A stretch of 64,000 bases of DNA, from contig CAVOID010000005.1 of assembly GCA_963695875.1 (NCBI GenBank), forward strand, positions 64,001-128,000. Reading direction: 5' to 3'. Shown in pieces: positions 1 to 11,221 of this stretch. The position numbers and the translations under genes were made by a program. The stretch's first letter is position 1. Each line of letters opens with the position of its first letter. The notes beneath the pieces were generated by a model. It was given only the letters and a program-made list of their open reading frames with translations. It did not search any database and had not been told where the DNA came from. The DNA comes from an uncultured delta proteobacterium (GTDB lineage Bacteria > Desulfobacterota > Syntrophia > Syntrophales > UBA2185).

Positions 1-310
1 CCTGTTCCTGCATTTCCTTGGCCCGCTCAATCATATTCTTGATTGTCACTTCCATGACTTCAGGAAAATTTTTCATGGCCTCCGGGAGTGTCTTCGCTGG
101 GATCTGGCACTGAATCGGTATAGGTCCCTCTGGAGTTACTAGTTGTGTCTGCCCGATGAAAAGGGATTCTCGACTTTTGTCTCTGTTTCCGTCGGGTGTC
201 ACGGGTGTGAGTCGCCGGATCCACCCGACCTTCAGATCAGTAAATGTCTCTTCATGGTATAGATTATCCTGGTCAATCTTCATTTCGGGTGTGTTCTTCT
301 GATCGTCCAC
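1..310 (-). CDS. conserved hypothetical cytoplasmic protein, 3'-truncated by the window edge
   Basis: Manual translation from GTG at 310 (GAAAGGAG RBS upstream) gives MDDQKNTPEMKIDQDNLYHEETFTDLKVGWIRRLTPVTPDG..., open to position 1. Not in the ORF track. Confidence 0.75.
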   Translation of the reverse strand, partial: MDDQKNTPEMKIDQDNLYHEETFTDLKVGWIRRLTPVTPDGNRDKSRESLFIGQTQLVTPEGPIPIQCQIPAKTLPEAMKNFPEVMEVTIKNMIERAKEMQEQ

Positions 311-442
311 GGTAATGTTTTATCTCCTTTCAAGTAGTGTATCAATCTAAGTACATCAGTATATCAATTAGGTCAATTTTTATTCTTTTCCATTTGTAAT
401 TTATTGCAGATGCAACGGGTAAAGGCCCGCATAAATTTCCTA

Positions 443-470
443 TTGACAAATGATGTGAATATTATAAGAT
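443..470 (+). promoter_or_regulatory. sigma70-type promoter for the cimA leader
   Basis: TTGACA (443-448), 16-nt spacer, TAAGAT (465-470). Confidence 0.55.
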
Positions 471-523
471 AACATAAAATATAATCTGAACTCTTAGAAC
501 GACAAAGCAGCATAAAAGGAAAC

Positions 524-580
524 ATGATCACCGCACAGTCTGTCATAAGAATCGAGGGCATAATTAGGTTCCCTAAATAG
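524..580 (+). CDS. Ile-rich attenuator leader peptide (MITAQSVIRIEGIIRFPK)
   Basis: AAAGGA RBS; 18 codons with 5 Ile (ATC, ATA, ATC, ATA, ATT); lies upstream of the Ile-pathway gene cimA and is followed by alternative hairpins. Confidence 0.8.
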   Translation: MITAQSVIRIEGIIRFPK

Positions 581-667
581 GAAGCCTGGTAGTGGTGTGG
601 TGTTTCGTTAAAAAATTTAAGAATAAACTTAATCCGTTATCAGGCTATCTGATAGCGGTTTTTTTTT
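566..667 (+). promoter_or_regulatory. transcription attenuator (pause hairpin, antiterminator, terminator)
   Basis: 1:2 hairpin AGGTTCCCT-AAAT-AGGAAGCCT. The 2:3 helix pairs 583-595 with 634-646 (13 bp, 3 G-U). The 3:4 terminator pairs 634-643 with 649-658 and is followed by T9. Confidence 0.8.
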
Positions 668-682
668 GAAAAAGGGGGAGTT

Positions 683-2277
683 ATGAATTCATTCAACGTT
701 TTGATTTACGATACAACTTTGAGAGACGGGACCCAGGGAGAGCAGATCAATTTTTCAGCGGAAGAGAAGCTGCGCATTGCACAGCTTCTCGATGAAATGG
801 ATTTCCATTACATCGAAGGCGGTTGGCCGGGATCAAATCCGAAAGATGTGCGCTTTTTTGAAATGGCCAAAGATGTTTCATTCCGGCATGCCCGTCTCAC
901 GGCATTCGGCAGTACCAGGAAGCCGCATATGGTAGCCGCAGCATGTCCTAATATAGCAGCCCTGCTGCAGGCAGAAACGCCGGCAGTTGCCATTTTTGGC
1001 AAGACCTGGGATCTGCACATTTCCGAGATTCTCAATGTATCACTAGAAGAAAATTTAGCGATGATCCATGATTCCGTAGAATATTTGAAGTCGGAAGGGA
1101 AGGAAGTCATCTTTGATGCGGAGCATTTTTTCGACGGATATAAAAATAATCCCGGGTATGCGCGCCAGGTGATAGAGACAGCCCGTTCCGCAGGTGCCGA
1201 TATGATTGTCCTGTGTGATACTAATGGAGGGACAATGCCTCATGATTTAACCACAATAATCGATGAGGTCATCTCTTATATACCTCCCCATCTTCTTGGT
1301 ATTCATGCGCATAACGATTGCGGCCTTGCTGTAGCCAACTCACTGGCAGCTGTTCATGCAGGCGTCAGGATGGTCCATGGAACGATTAACGGGTATGGAG
1401 AAAGATGCGGGAATGCCGACCTCATCTCTATAATAGGCAACCTCCAGTTGAAAATGAATAAGCAATGCCTGCCGGAGAATTCCATAAGGGAATTGACGCA
1501 CCTTTCTAACTATGTAAGCGATATCGCTAATATCCCTCCACTCAATTCCAGGCCGTTTGTCGGGCGGAGCGCCTTTACCCATAAGGGAGGTGTTCATGTT
1601 GATGCCGTTTTAAAAAATCCGGTTGCATATGAACACATTAAACCGGAACTGGTAGGAAACCACGAGCGGGTGCTGGTGTCCGACCTTTCAGGAAAAAGCA
1701 ATATCGCGTACAAGGCAAGAGAACTGGGCATCGACTTAGGTAATGAGATGTCGATAAATAAAAAAATTGTTCAACAGATAAAGATAATGGAAGACCAGGG
1801 CTATCATTTTGACTCGGCCGACGGATCCCTTTCCGTATTGATGAAAAAGATAAAGGGTGAGTTTAGAGAACCTTTTATCCTGGAAAGTTTTCAGGTCTTT
1901 AACGCGAAGACAGGAGATAACCCGCCCATTACTCAGGCCTCGATTAAAATATCTGTCGACGGCGAAGAGGAATTGACTGCCGCAGAGGGGAACGGTCCTG
2001 TAAATGCCCTGGATAATGCCCTCAGAAAGGCTTTAACAAAATTTTATCCTCATATCAAAGGATATGCACCTGGTTGATTTTAAAGTAAGGATTCTGGAAG
2101 GCTGTGAGGGAACGGCCGCGAAGGTGAGGGTGCTTATAGATTCAAGTGACGGGCAGCGATATTTGGAGCACCATAGGAGTTTCAACAAACATCATCGAAG
2201 CAAGCTGGCAGGCCCTTGTGGATAGTATACGGTACAAATTGAGCAAGGATGAAGAAAATAAAAAAAGTTTGGTTTGA
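683..2277 (+). CDS. cimA: citramalate synthase (two apparent +1 frameshifts near 2060 and 2153)
   Basis: [38 protein letters not shown] and HKGGVH motifs. The C-terminus [12 protein letters not shown]...[10 protein letters not shown]...[18 protein letters not shown] continues in shifted frames to TGA at 2277. Confidence 0.9.
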
Positions 2278-2375
2278 AACAAATTCAACAAGTTCATTGA
2301 TAATGGGTTTAATTTCTGGTAAAATATATAGTTGTTTAGTACTAAGAATTTGCTTAATAAGGTTAATGAAGTAGC

Positions 2376-2984
2376 ATGTATCTGGCCATTAACAATCAGA
2401 ACCCCCAGATGCGGCTGATCAGAAAGGCAGTTGAGATCCTGCGGGATGGGGGTGTAATCATCTATCCCACAGATACGGTCTACGGGCTGGGATGCGCCCT
2501 TTTTAATAAAAAAGGAATTGACAAGATTTACGAGATAAAAAGGAGAAACAGGAAACAGCCTTTAAGCTTTGTTTGCGCCGATCTCAAGGATATCAGTCGT
2601 TACGCCCGGGTGTCGGATTTTGCATATAAAACCATGAAACGCCTCTTGCCGGGACCGTACACGTTTATCCTTGAGGCGTCGAGGCTGGTTCCGAAAATAA
2701 TTCTTCCCAAAAGACTGACCACAGGTATCAGGGTGCCCGACAATCAAATATGTCTTTCTCTCGTGAGGGAACTGGGACAGCCTATCATCAGTACCAGCGT
2801 CACGACTGAAGATGGTGAAGTATTGAGTGATCCATCTGAAATAAAAGAGAAATTCGGCAAGCGTGTAGATTTAATCATAGATGGAGGCATTCTGGCTTCT
2901 GAGCCATCAAGTGTTATCAGTCTTGTTGACGACATAATCGAGATAATCAGGGTGGGGAATGGAGATGTGTCCACACTTATTTAG
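2376..2984 (+). CDS. Sua5/YciO/YrdC family (threonylcarbamoyl-AMP synthase-like) protein
   Basis: IYPTDTVYGLGC, LPGPYTFIL, GIRVPD, PIISTS motifs. Confidence 0.9.
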   Translation: MYLAINNQNPQMRLIRKAVEILRDGGVIIYPTDTVYGLGCALFNKKGIDKIYEIKRRNRKQPLSFVCADLKDISRYARVSDFAYKTMKRLLPGPYTFILEASRLVPKIILPKRLTTGIRVPDNQICLSLVRELGQPIISTSVTTEDGEVLSDPSEIKEKFGKRVDLIIDGGILASEPSSVISLVDDIIEIIRVGNGDVSTLI

Positions 2985-2999
2985 AGAACAAGGATATTT

Positions 3000-4875
3000 A
3001 TGAAAAAAGTAATGTTAATGAATGCTGTTCATCCTGAACAGAAGCGGCTGGCCATTGTGGATGGTGGTAAACTGGTTGAATACAACATCCAAATGGCCAT
3101 CAAAGAACCTATAACGGGCAACCTTTATAAGGGTGTAGTCATGAAGGTGGAACGAGGTCTCCAGGCAGCTTTCGTGAATTATGGAGGGAAAAGGGATGGA
3201 TTTCTGCCCCTGCATGACGTCAGTCCCGAATATTTCACCGAGAGCAATGGAAAGGGAAGCGGCTCGTCGAATCATAGACTGTCTCTCAAAGCAGGTCAGG
3301 AGGTGTTGGTTCAGGTAATAAGGGAGGAAACTGAACGCAAGGGAGGCTCTTCTTACGACATATATATCTTTGCCGGGACGATACCTGGTTTTGCTCCCAA
3401 ACAAACAGAGCAGCGGCATTTCTCGAAAAATAGAAGATGAAGAAGATCGCAAGCGTCTAAAAAAATTGATGGAACAAATTAAGATTGATGACGGTGTTGG
3501 TTTTATAATTCGTACAGCGGGCATGAACAGAACGAAGCAGGAACTTTCCCGGGATTATCAACTCCTGTCGAGGCTGTGGAAGGAAATTCAAAAAAGAGTA
3601 AAGAGCGTAACTGCGCCGGTACTTATTTATCAGGAAAGTAATTTTGGTGTGTGCTCCCTACGAGACTATTACACATCGGAAATTGAAGAGATACTTGTAG
3701 ACGAAGGTGAAACATACAGAAAGATGAGGGAATACGCCAAAGCCGTGGTACCGAGGATTTTAAAGCTGATCAAACTATACAGGGAAAAGACCCCTCTCTT
3801 TGATAAATATAGACTTGAAGATCAGATTCGTGTCATTTATCAAGATCGTGTGGAGTTGAAATCCGGCGGATATATAATCATAAATCCGACAGAAGCCATG
3901 ACTACCATTGATGTGAATTCAGGCCGTGCTTCGAACAAAAGAAATATCGAAGAAACCGCCTACAGGACTAACCTCGAAGCGGCAGAAGAAATTGCCAGGC
4001 AGCTTCGCCTACGAGACCTGGGTGGACTGCTTGTCATTGATTTTATCGATATGCGTGACCGAAAGCATGAAGGTGAAGTGGAAAAGGCTTTCAAAAAAGC
4101 TCTCAATATTGACAGGGCAAGAATACAGATGTCGCGCATATCCAAGTTCGGAATTCTTGAACTCTCAAGGCAGAAAAAACAATCAACCATCCAGGAGATC
4201 AGTTATACAGTCTGTCCCTACTGCAAGGGGCGCGGTGCGAGACCGTCCCTGGAGTACACCGCTCTGGGTGCTTTTAGAAAGATTGAATCCCAGGTAGTAA
4301 AGGGGGATTATTCTGCTCTTAAAGTGAAACTGCCATATGAGATAGCCGACTATCTTTTGAACCGGAAGAGACAAGAAATCAATAAACTTGAAAGCACGCA
4401 TGGCGTATCTATACATATAACCGGAAGTCCCGACATACCTTGGGACGAACTGAAAATAGAAACCTTCAGCAGGGAGATAGTTGAGGAAGCTTTTCCTGAT
4501 GAGGAGATCCGTCTTGTAGAGTCCATGGATAAACGGGAAGAGGAAGGTACCGAACTTAAGGACATTGCATTAATCCCCGCTGAAGTCAGCGAACAACCAC
4601 AAAAGATAAATGAACCGATTGGGACAAGCCCGCAGCCAGTCAAGAAGAAATCGAGATGGAGATCAAGACACAGAAAAAAGAAACCGGGAGAGAAAGCCGT
4701 TGAACAGAAATCTCTACCATCTTCTGATCGAAGCGGTGAAATTACCTCGTATCATATAGTAGAACACCCGCCCAACAGCGCAGTACACAGCCGGGTAACG
4801 CCACCAGTAGCTGGAGATGATGGGCAAGACCTTTTAAGCAAGCTCCGTAAGGTATTTGAACAACTCGAAGAATAG
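3000..4875 (+). CDS. rne: Rne/Rng family ribonuclease (RNase E-like; one frameshift near 3345)
   Basis: S1 domain (GNLYKG, AAFVNYG, GFLP) in 3000-3440. It continues as LPGRYLVLLP, IDVNSG, RQLRLRDLGGLLVIDFIDM and the CPYCKG Zn link, followed by a disordered basic C-tail. Confidence 0.9.
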
Positions 4876-5250
4876 TATTATTTTTTCTTGCCAAGTTGCT
4901 TCGCTGTAGTGTAATCGCCCCGACAGCGCTGCCTATGCAGCCTTGAGTTTTTCCTCTTCCATTGCGATCGAACCAGCTATGGTCCGTCCTTAAAAGAATA
5001 GAGAAGTTTTTCAATCATTTCTTATCGCCCGAGAATCAAGCCCGGAACAAAAATAAAGCAGTTGTAACTATTTCAGATCGCAGAACATTTGCAGCGGTAA
5101 TAATACTTAATATATTTGTTATTGCTTCCTGAGTACTTTTTCTTTGACACTTCTGCCGAGCTGGGGTAGTTTTAAATTATAAGTGAGGACGAATCGTCTT
5201 AACGAACAAGAAATAGTGGCTAACATAAATAAATATTTGAAGGGGATGAT

Positions 5251-5823
5251 ATGAAAAAATACACGGTATGTTTGCCGGCTGTTGTCCTGGCTGTCTTGGT
5301 GGTTGTCAGTTCTTTGTCAGCAGCAAATTCTCGCCCCATAGTCGGTGGAATGCTTCCTGACATAGAGCTTACCATGCCAAAAGATTCTTCTGAAAAAACA
5401 TATCTCGGCGTTTCCGGGTTTGGTTCTTTTAAGATACCAGCGATAAGGGCGAGGTTGGTTATTATCGAAGTTTTCAACATGTACTGTCCTTACTGTCAGC
5501 GGGAAGCGCCAAACGTAAATCAGCTGTATACAAAGATTGAACAGGATCCGGCACTCAGGGAATCAATCAAGATCATTGGCATCGGCGCAGGTAATTCTTC
5601 CTACGAGGTGGGCATCTATAAGAAGAAATACAATGTTCCCTTTCCTCTCTTTGCTGATAAAGATTATGCCATATATGACAAAATGGGTGACTTGAGGACG
5701 CCGTACTTTATTGGTGTGAAAATAAATCCTGATGGTACTCATCAGATTATATACTCAAAGGTTGGTGCGTTCGATGGAGTGGATCAGTTTCTCTCCGCAT
5801 TGATGAAATTGGCCGGAATGTAG
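5251..5823 (+). CDS. exported TlpA/redoxin-family thiol-disulfide oxidoreductase
   Basis: Signal peptide, FNMYCPYCQRE CxxC motif, VPFPLFAD. Confidence 0.85.
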   Translation: MKKYTVCLPAVVLAVLVVVSSLSAANSRPIVGGMLPDIELTMPKDSSEKTYLGVSGFGSFKIPAIRARLVIIEVFNMYCPYCQREAPNVNQLYTKIEQDPALRESIKIIGIGAGNSSYEVGIYKKKYNVPFPLFADKDYAIYDKMGDLRTPYFIGVKINPDGTHQIIYSKVGAFDGVDQFLSALMKLAGM

Positions 5824-5837
5824 AAAGGAAGGTTGAT

Positions 5838-6446
5838 ATGAAAAAGCGCAATCGGTATGTCCTTTTTGTTATTGTAGGAGCGGCTCTTCTGATATGCCCC
5901 TTTGGTCAGAGGGCTTTTGGTGTTTCAGATGCATTCAAGAACAATATCTATTATCCGGGCACCCTAAAGCCGATGGACAGTCTTTTGAAGCTCACGGTAG
6001 GAGACCGCGCTCCTGATTTTACACTGAAGGCGGTATCGGGGGAGATGATTTCTCTGAAGCAGTATCGGGGTAAGAAGAACGTCGTTATCTCTTTTGTCCC
6101 TGCCGCGTGGACTCCCGTCTGTTCAGACCAGTGGCCTGGCTATAACATTGTTAAAGAAATTTTCGATCAGCATGACGCCATACTCTTAGGGATAACCGTT
6201 GATAACATCCCTACTCTGTTTGCCTGGACTAACCAGATGGGCAATCTATGGTTTCCCGTACTGTCTGACTTCTGGCCGCACGGAAAAGTGGCGGCAAAAT
6301 ATGGGGTCTTGCGGTCCGACGGTGTTTCTGAACGGGCCCTGTTCGTCATCGATAAGAAGGGAATCATTCGTTACATCGATGTACACGACATCAACAAGAG
6401 GCCACTACTTGAAGACCTCGTGAGTGCACTCGAAAAGCTGAAATAG
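5838..6446 (+). CDS. exported peroxiredoxin (AhpC/TSA, AhpE-like)
   Basis: GDRAPDFTL, FVPAAWTPVC (PxxxTxxC), LSDFWPHG, SERALFVID. Confidence 0.85.
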   Translation: MKKRNRYVLFVIVGAALLICPFGQRAFGVSDAFKNNIYYPGTLKPMDSLLKLTVGDRAPDFTLKAVSGEMISLKQYRGKKNVVISFVPAAWTPVCSDQWPGYNIVKEIFDQHDAILLGITVDNIPTLFAWTNQMGNLWFPVLSDFWPHGKVAAKYGVLRSDGVSERALFVIDKKGIIRYIDVHDINKRPLLEDLVSALEKLK

Positions 6447-6683
6447 CAGTCAATTATTTTTGATAAGAAGTTGCCTTTTGTCTGGTAAAATCAGGGCACA
6501 CCCTTCCTCCATTCTCTTGTCTCTTAGGGTTATTGCTTCATATAAGCATCCCACGGGCAATCAGGGTCTCCTTACATATTTATCCATCAGAACCTTGCCT
6601 TTACAAATTCGTTATTGATGGTTATATTTTAACTCTTGGTTGGGAGAGACTTGTAAAAGGTTAGTCAGGAAGTAAAAGATTGT

Positions 6684-7163
6684 ATGAAAATGATACTTTT
6701 TCGAGAGTGCAAAATATTCATTTTTAGTTTGCTTCTGATAGTGATTCCATCAGTAATTTACGCAGAGTCAGATGGAACACGGGTAGAACCACAATTAGTT
6801 TATGGGGAGAAGTTCACGGTTAAAACGGAGTTTGCATCGGGTATTGAAGCAGATAAGACATTATTTTCAAAGGATGAATTTTCCAAGACAGGAAACACTC
6901 TTGCGATTGAGAGTGATACTATCGATAAAACACATGACGTGTCCTGGACTATCTTAAAGTTTTATAATGTGAAAATATCTATTTCTCACACCGAGACGGA
7001 ACAAAAACAGCGGGATGTATATCAAATACAGGGTGATGATAGTACCAAGTTAAATGCCATCAAATCTCTCCCGACTTCTTTCCTGACATCACAGTACCGG
7101 GATACCTTTCAATCGATCGGTAAAATTTTTGAACCGGAGGTTAAGCTGGGTATAGAATTCTGA
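6684..7163 (+). CDS. exported hypothetical protein
   Basis: Signal-peptide-like N-terminus; ends in a beta-strand-like VKLGIEF. Confidence 0.6.
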   Translation: MKMILFRECKIFIFSLLLIVIPSVIYAESDGTRVEPQLVYGEKFTVKTEFASGIEADKTLFSKDEFSKTGNTLAIESDTIDKTHDVSWTILKFYNVKISISHTETEQKQRDVYQIQGDDSTKLNAIKSLPTSFLTSQYRDTFQSIGKIFEPEVKLGIEF

Positions 7164-7430
7164 CCAGGTGTAACGCAGGAATAAATAGCTACTCCGTGTG
7201 CCCCTTCTGATAAACAGAAAATTCCTCAATTTCCCCAATGCCACTCCGATAAAAGAAGTGGAGACTACAGGCAAACTTGTCATCAGTCAGCATAATCATA
7301 TCCCATGGAACGGCCAGCTATTTTAAGCAATGAAGGATATTGCACCATGTCTTAAGTTTTTTACAATTCTTCGCCCGTGTGGTATTTTATTACATTAAGT
7401 CTGAACATATAAATGACTGGATAAATCTGA

Positions 7431-8321
7431 TTGAAAAGTGATTCCCCCATCTTCGGCCTTGGCCAGTGCTCCCTGGATTACATCGGGATAATAGCGGCCT
7501 ATCCACCACCCAATATAAAATGTGAATTTGCGAACATGGTTACTCAGGGAGGAGGCCCAGTGGCAACGGCTCTTGTCGCCCTTAGCCGCTGGAAGCTGCC
7601 ATGCTATTTTGCCGGTGTTTTGGGAGATGATGCCTTCGGCACAATCATCGCCGATTCCCTTCGCGAAGAGGGCATTGGCACAGATGGTCTTATCATAAGA
7701 GGCGGACATTCTTCTCAATTTGCCTTTATCGTCAGTGAGCCCGGCGTGGGCCGAAGAACGATCTTCTGGCAGAGGCCAACGGGAATGCCATTACAGCCAG
7801 ATGAGTTGGATTTGGAAGTGCTCCGAAAAAGCAGGGCCCTTCACACAGACGGACTCTTCACGGAGGCATCCCTCTTTGCCTGCCGAAAGGCCAAGAATGC
7901 GGGCATCCCCGTGGTTGTAGACGCGGGCACACTCCGGGAGGGGATGCTGGACATGGTTCACCTGAGTGATTGTTTTATCGTCTCGGAGACTTTTTCGCAA
8001 GCGATGGCGGAAGACCCCCTGGAAACCTGCCGCATACTATCCGGACTGGGCGCCCGTTTCGTCGGGGTCACCCTGGGGGCAAAAGGATATATAGCCCTGG
8101 TCGATGGTCGTATTATTAAAAAGCCCGCTTATGCGGCGATTGCTATAGACACCACTGGGTGCGGGGATGTATTCCATGCCGGTGTCACTTACGGCATTGT
8201 GCAGGGGTGGGATGCAGAGAAGTGCCTCGACCTTGGCGCCTGGGCTGCGGCCATGGTCAGTACGCAGATGGGGGGACGAAATGGGATCCCCACCTATATG
8301 AAATTAAAAGAGAGGGGATAA
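7431..8321 (+). CDS. PfkB family carbohydrate kinase
   Basis: GGGPVATA N-terminal motif and DTTGCGDVF PfkB signature. Confidence 0.9.
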   Translation: MKSDSPIFGLGQCSLDYIGIIAAYPPPNIKCEFANMVTQGGGPVATALVALSRWKLPCYFAGVLGDDAFGTIIADSLREEGIGTDGLIIRGGHSSQFAFIVSEPGVGRRTIFWQRPTGMPLQPDELDLEVLRKSRALHTDGLFTEASLFACRKAKNAGIPVVVDAGTLREGMLDMVHLSDCFIVSETFSQAMAEDPLETCRILSGLGARFVGVTLGAKGYIALVDGRIIKKPAYAAIAIDTTGCGDVFHAGVTYGIVQGWDAEKCLDLGAWAAAMVSTQMGGRNGIPTYMKLKERG

Positions 8322-8396
8322 CAAAAGAATCTCGACTCCTATCCGGAATATTGCGTAAAGCAGTCAACTATGAAAACCCGGACTTCGGCAAATCTA

Positions 8397-8669
8397 TTAC
8401 TTTTCTTTTTTCTTCAGCTTTACAAGTGCCTTTAGGGCTTTTTTCTCAGCTCTTGCCCGTGTCTCGGCCGTTTCAGATGTTGCTGATGACGTTGTTTCTC
8501 CCGGCTGTTTTACAAAGGCCTCTGATCTTTCTTCATCGGCAAGGTTTTGTTTTTTCCTTGCTGTTGCAATCAAATACACGGCGAAGGACTTTCCAAAATG
8601 TCCTATGAAGCCGGCGGCTAATACGATGAGTATCCACTTTATGACCTGCTGGTAATCGATATCGTTCAT
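8397..8669 (-). CDS. small membrane-anchored hypothetical protein
   Basis: N-terminal TM segment (WILIVLAAGFIGHFG) and basic helical tail. Confidence 0.65.
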   Translation of the reverse strand: MNDIDYQQVIKWILIVLAAGFIGHFGKSFAVYLIATARKKQNLADEERSEAFVKQPGETTSSATSETAETRARAEKKALKALVKLKKKEK

Positions 8670-9098
8670 ATCTCTTTCTAAACTTATGACTTCTGTTTTA
8701 TTTCCTATTGTCGTGCAGCATAAAAGGACTGAATAGAAAAATCAAGACTTAAGGAAGGAACAAACACGCACACGTCAAGCCTTTTCCCCGGATCCACGAT
8801 GCAAACGGTGGCTGCATAGACTGAGGAGGAGTCCATGAACGCATTATGCGGTTGGTGCCACAACCGGTATGTCAGCCACCCTGAAAATCGCAGTAGAAAT
8901 AGTGGCACAGGATCTCATCGCTCGTTTGTCATATGGCAATGCAGCATATCCTGTTAAGGCAGGCCGGCCCTTTCTATTTCGGCAAATGGGTGATTTAAAA
9001 CAAGGTGTGAGTATTGCCTGGATATATATTCATCATTTCCATTTGAAGTGATAAGTAGTCTATACGCTTCTATTTTATCAAGGTATTAGAAATGGCGC

Positions 9099-9563
9099 CT
9101 ACATTGAGTATGCTTTTCCACTATGATTCGGAGGCACATTCAGCAATGTCCAATACAAACCTATTTCGGCAGCTGACTCGACAAAGCTATCATACGCTGC
9201 GGGTTTTATGATGTAGCTATTTGCACCCAGCCGGTAGCTCTCCACTCTGTCTTTTTCTTCAATTGAAGATGAGAAAACCACTACAGGGATTATTTTTGTC
9301 AAATCATTGGATCTGATCCTGCGAAGAACCTCATGCCCGTCTACTTTCGGCAACTTCAGGTCCAGTAAAATCACCCTGGGTAATTCAAATGAATCGCGAC
9401 CAGCATATTCACCGGCTGCAAAAAGATAATCCAGGGCTTTCTCACCATCATGAAAGACCTTAACTCTATTGACCATGCCATTTTTCTCAAGAGCTTCAAG
9501 TATGAACTCTACGTTGTATTTGTTATCCTCAATAAGCAAGATATCCGGCATACTGTTAATCAA
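9099..9563 (-). CDS. single-domain response regulator (Rcp/CheY-like)
   Basis: ILLIEDN, ILLDLKLPKVDG, GANSYIIKP. Confidence 0.9.
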   Translation of the reverse strand: MINSMPDILLIEDNKYNVEFILEALEKNGMVNRVKVFHDGEKALDYLFAAGEYAGRDSFELPRVILLDLKLPKVDGHEVLRRIRSNDLTKIIPVVVFSSSIEEKDRVESYRLGANSYIIKPAAYDSFVESAAEIGLYWTLLNVPPNHSGKAYSM

Positions 9564-9633
9564 AATTCACCTCTTATTCTGGAACTTACCGATCTAAACA
9601 ACCTACCTTCACTTTCTTTTTTGAGCCTGGTTT

Positions 9634-10011
9634 TCAGGATACGGATGCTTTTGCATAATCGATCATGCCCTGAAAATCCACGATGACGACAGGCTCATTA
9701 CCAACTACCCAGGCATCGTGGCCTTCAGGTAGCAGAGACACATCACCCGCTTTACACTCAAATTGTTTTCCGTCATCCATCAAGATCTTAATAGTGCCTG
9801 ATACATGGTACTGAAAGTGTGGCGCCTCGCAGCTTTTTGTCTTTACCAGTGGTTGCACGGAGGTGGACCATCTCCAGCCCGGCTCAAACGTGGCACGCCC
9901 TATTACGGCTCCGCCAATCTTTATCAATTCCAGTTTCCCTTTAGGGAACGTCCTTACTTCATCCGGTTTACTAAAGCTTTTCATCTCCGCTTTTTTCTTT
10001 ACGTTTTGCAT
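9634..10011 (-). CDS. cupin domain protein
   Basis: FEPGWRWS, CEAPHFQYHVSG, LPEGHDAWVVG. Confidence 0.85.
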   Translation of the reverse strand: MQNVKKKAEMKSFSKPDEVRTFPKGKLELIKIGGAVIGRATFEPGWRWSTSVQPLVKTKSCEAPHFQYHVSGTIKILMDDGKQFECKAGDVSLLPEGHDAWVVGNEPVVIVDFQGMIDYAKASVS

Positions 10012-10090
10012 AACAGGCCCTCGTCCTATCTTTCAAGTTAATTGGGGTGAATTCCCTGTGCAATCATACTGTGTCAATAACCATGAGCGA

Positions 10091-10429
10091 CTAATTACAT
10101 AATTGCTTCTCTATCAAGAGCCAAAGATCGGAAATCAGAAAGGGTCTTCTCAAATATAGATCTGCTTTTGAATCCGGATCATGATCCTGGATATGTGAGC
10201 CTGTAATCCCGATAATGAAGACAGAAGAAGATTTTAACCGGGTATGCTGGTCACAGTCGAGTTCTCTATATCCGCCGTTGGTGAGGACGATGTCATACCG
10301 GTCATCCGAGATCATGTGAATTATCTCTGGACCATCTTTTGCGATGCCCGCTTTGTAACCTCGATTTACAATGATATCCAACAGAAACTCCGGTACGTCC
10401 GGCCGTTCATCGTGAATCAGCACCTTCAT
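10091..10429 (-). CDS. degenerate receiver-domain protein
   Basis: MKVLIHDE, YDIVLTN (phosphoacceptor Asp replaced by Asn), ADLYLRRPF. Confidence 0.6.
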   Translation of the reverse strand: MKVLIHDERPDVPEFLLDIIVNRGYKAGIAKDGPEIIHMISDDRYDIVLTNGGYRELDCDQHTRLKSSSVFIIGITGSHIQDHDPDSKADLYLRRPFLISDLWLLIEKQLCN

Positions 10430-10615
10430 TAAGCACGTTCCTTTCTTGCCACCAAGATCTTTAAGTACATTTTGGTACGGTGCTTATCTCGCCGTAATTT
10501 AAAGATGATATCTCGTATACCTTTTAATGGAAATATTAGGCTACATGCGAGTATAAGACAATGAGGATTAAATGGAAGAGTAATGGTAGGTATAACCTAC
10601 CTATGAAGCAGGGGA

Positions 10616-11221
10616 CTACAGAAAAAGATCCATGATTGCTTTTGCCATTAGACTGTAGCCTTCCTCTGTGGGGTGAACGCAATCGTACTGAACCAAAGAC
10701 CCAAACAGCATTCCATCACTGATTGCCTTTTTCCAGTACTCATGGGTAAGCACAACGGGAATACCATAATCTTCTCCCAATATTTCAAGCTGACGATAAT
10801 ATCCCTCTACATGCCGATTATCATCATTATCACCAATGTGTCCGGAAGTTATAAGAACGACATCGGCATCGCCATTTTCTTTAATTTCATCAGTCATTCT
10901 TCTGATAGTGTTTTTGAATTGTTGTTCTGTAAACCCCGAAAAGGCGTCATTTATTGCGTATTGAATGAATACACAATCGGGGTTGTAATGAAGGACATCC
11001 CACCTCAAGCGGGACAGGCCGGAATCTGCCGTATCACCCGGTATGCCGCTGTTAATAAGCTTAAACCTGCTTTTAGGAAATTTTATGATAAGCATTTCTC
11101 TTAAGAAATCGAGATAACCCTTTGAGACCATCCATCCCTGCGTCAATGAATCGCCAAGAGCTACAATGGTGACAGGTGTACCATCTATAAGTTTATTTAT
11201 CGTCTGTACAGGTTTGATCAA
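10616..11221 (-). CDS. SGNH/GDSL hydrolase
   Basis: ALGDSLT, SGIPGDT, AIND, DCVHPT blocks. Confidence 0.9.
   Translation of the reverse strand: MIKPVQTINKLIDGTPVTIVALGDSLTQGWMVSKGYLDFLREMLIIKFPKSRFKLINSGIPGDTADSGLSRLRWDVLHYNPDCVFIQYAINDAFSGFTEQQFKNTIRRMTDEIKENGDADVVLITSGHIGDNDDNRHVEGYYRQLEILGEDYGIPVVLTHEYWKKAISDGMLFGSLVQYDCVHPTEEGYSLMAKAIMDLFL

Noticed and set aside
2055..3350. Programmed frameshifting or phase variation in cimA and rne
   Set aside because: The extra bases sit in short runs with no slippery heptamer or long SSR, and similar indels occur throughout the window. Sequencing error is more parsimonious.
8700..9060. Possible riboswitch or ncRNA in long intergenic stretches (also 13330-13730 and 30600-30740)
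   Set aside because: No recognisable aptamer consensus by eye; the regions look like decayed coding DNA. An Rfam/Infernal scan would be needed.
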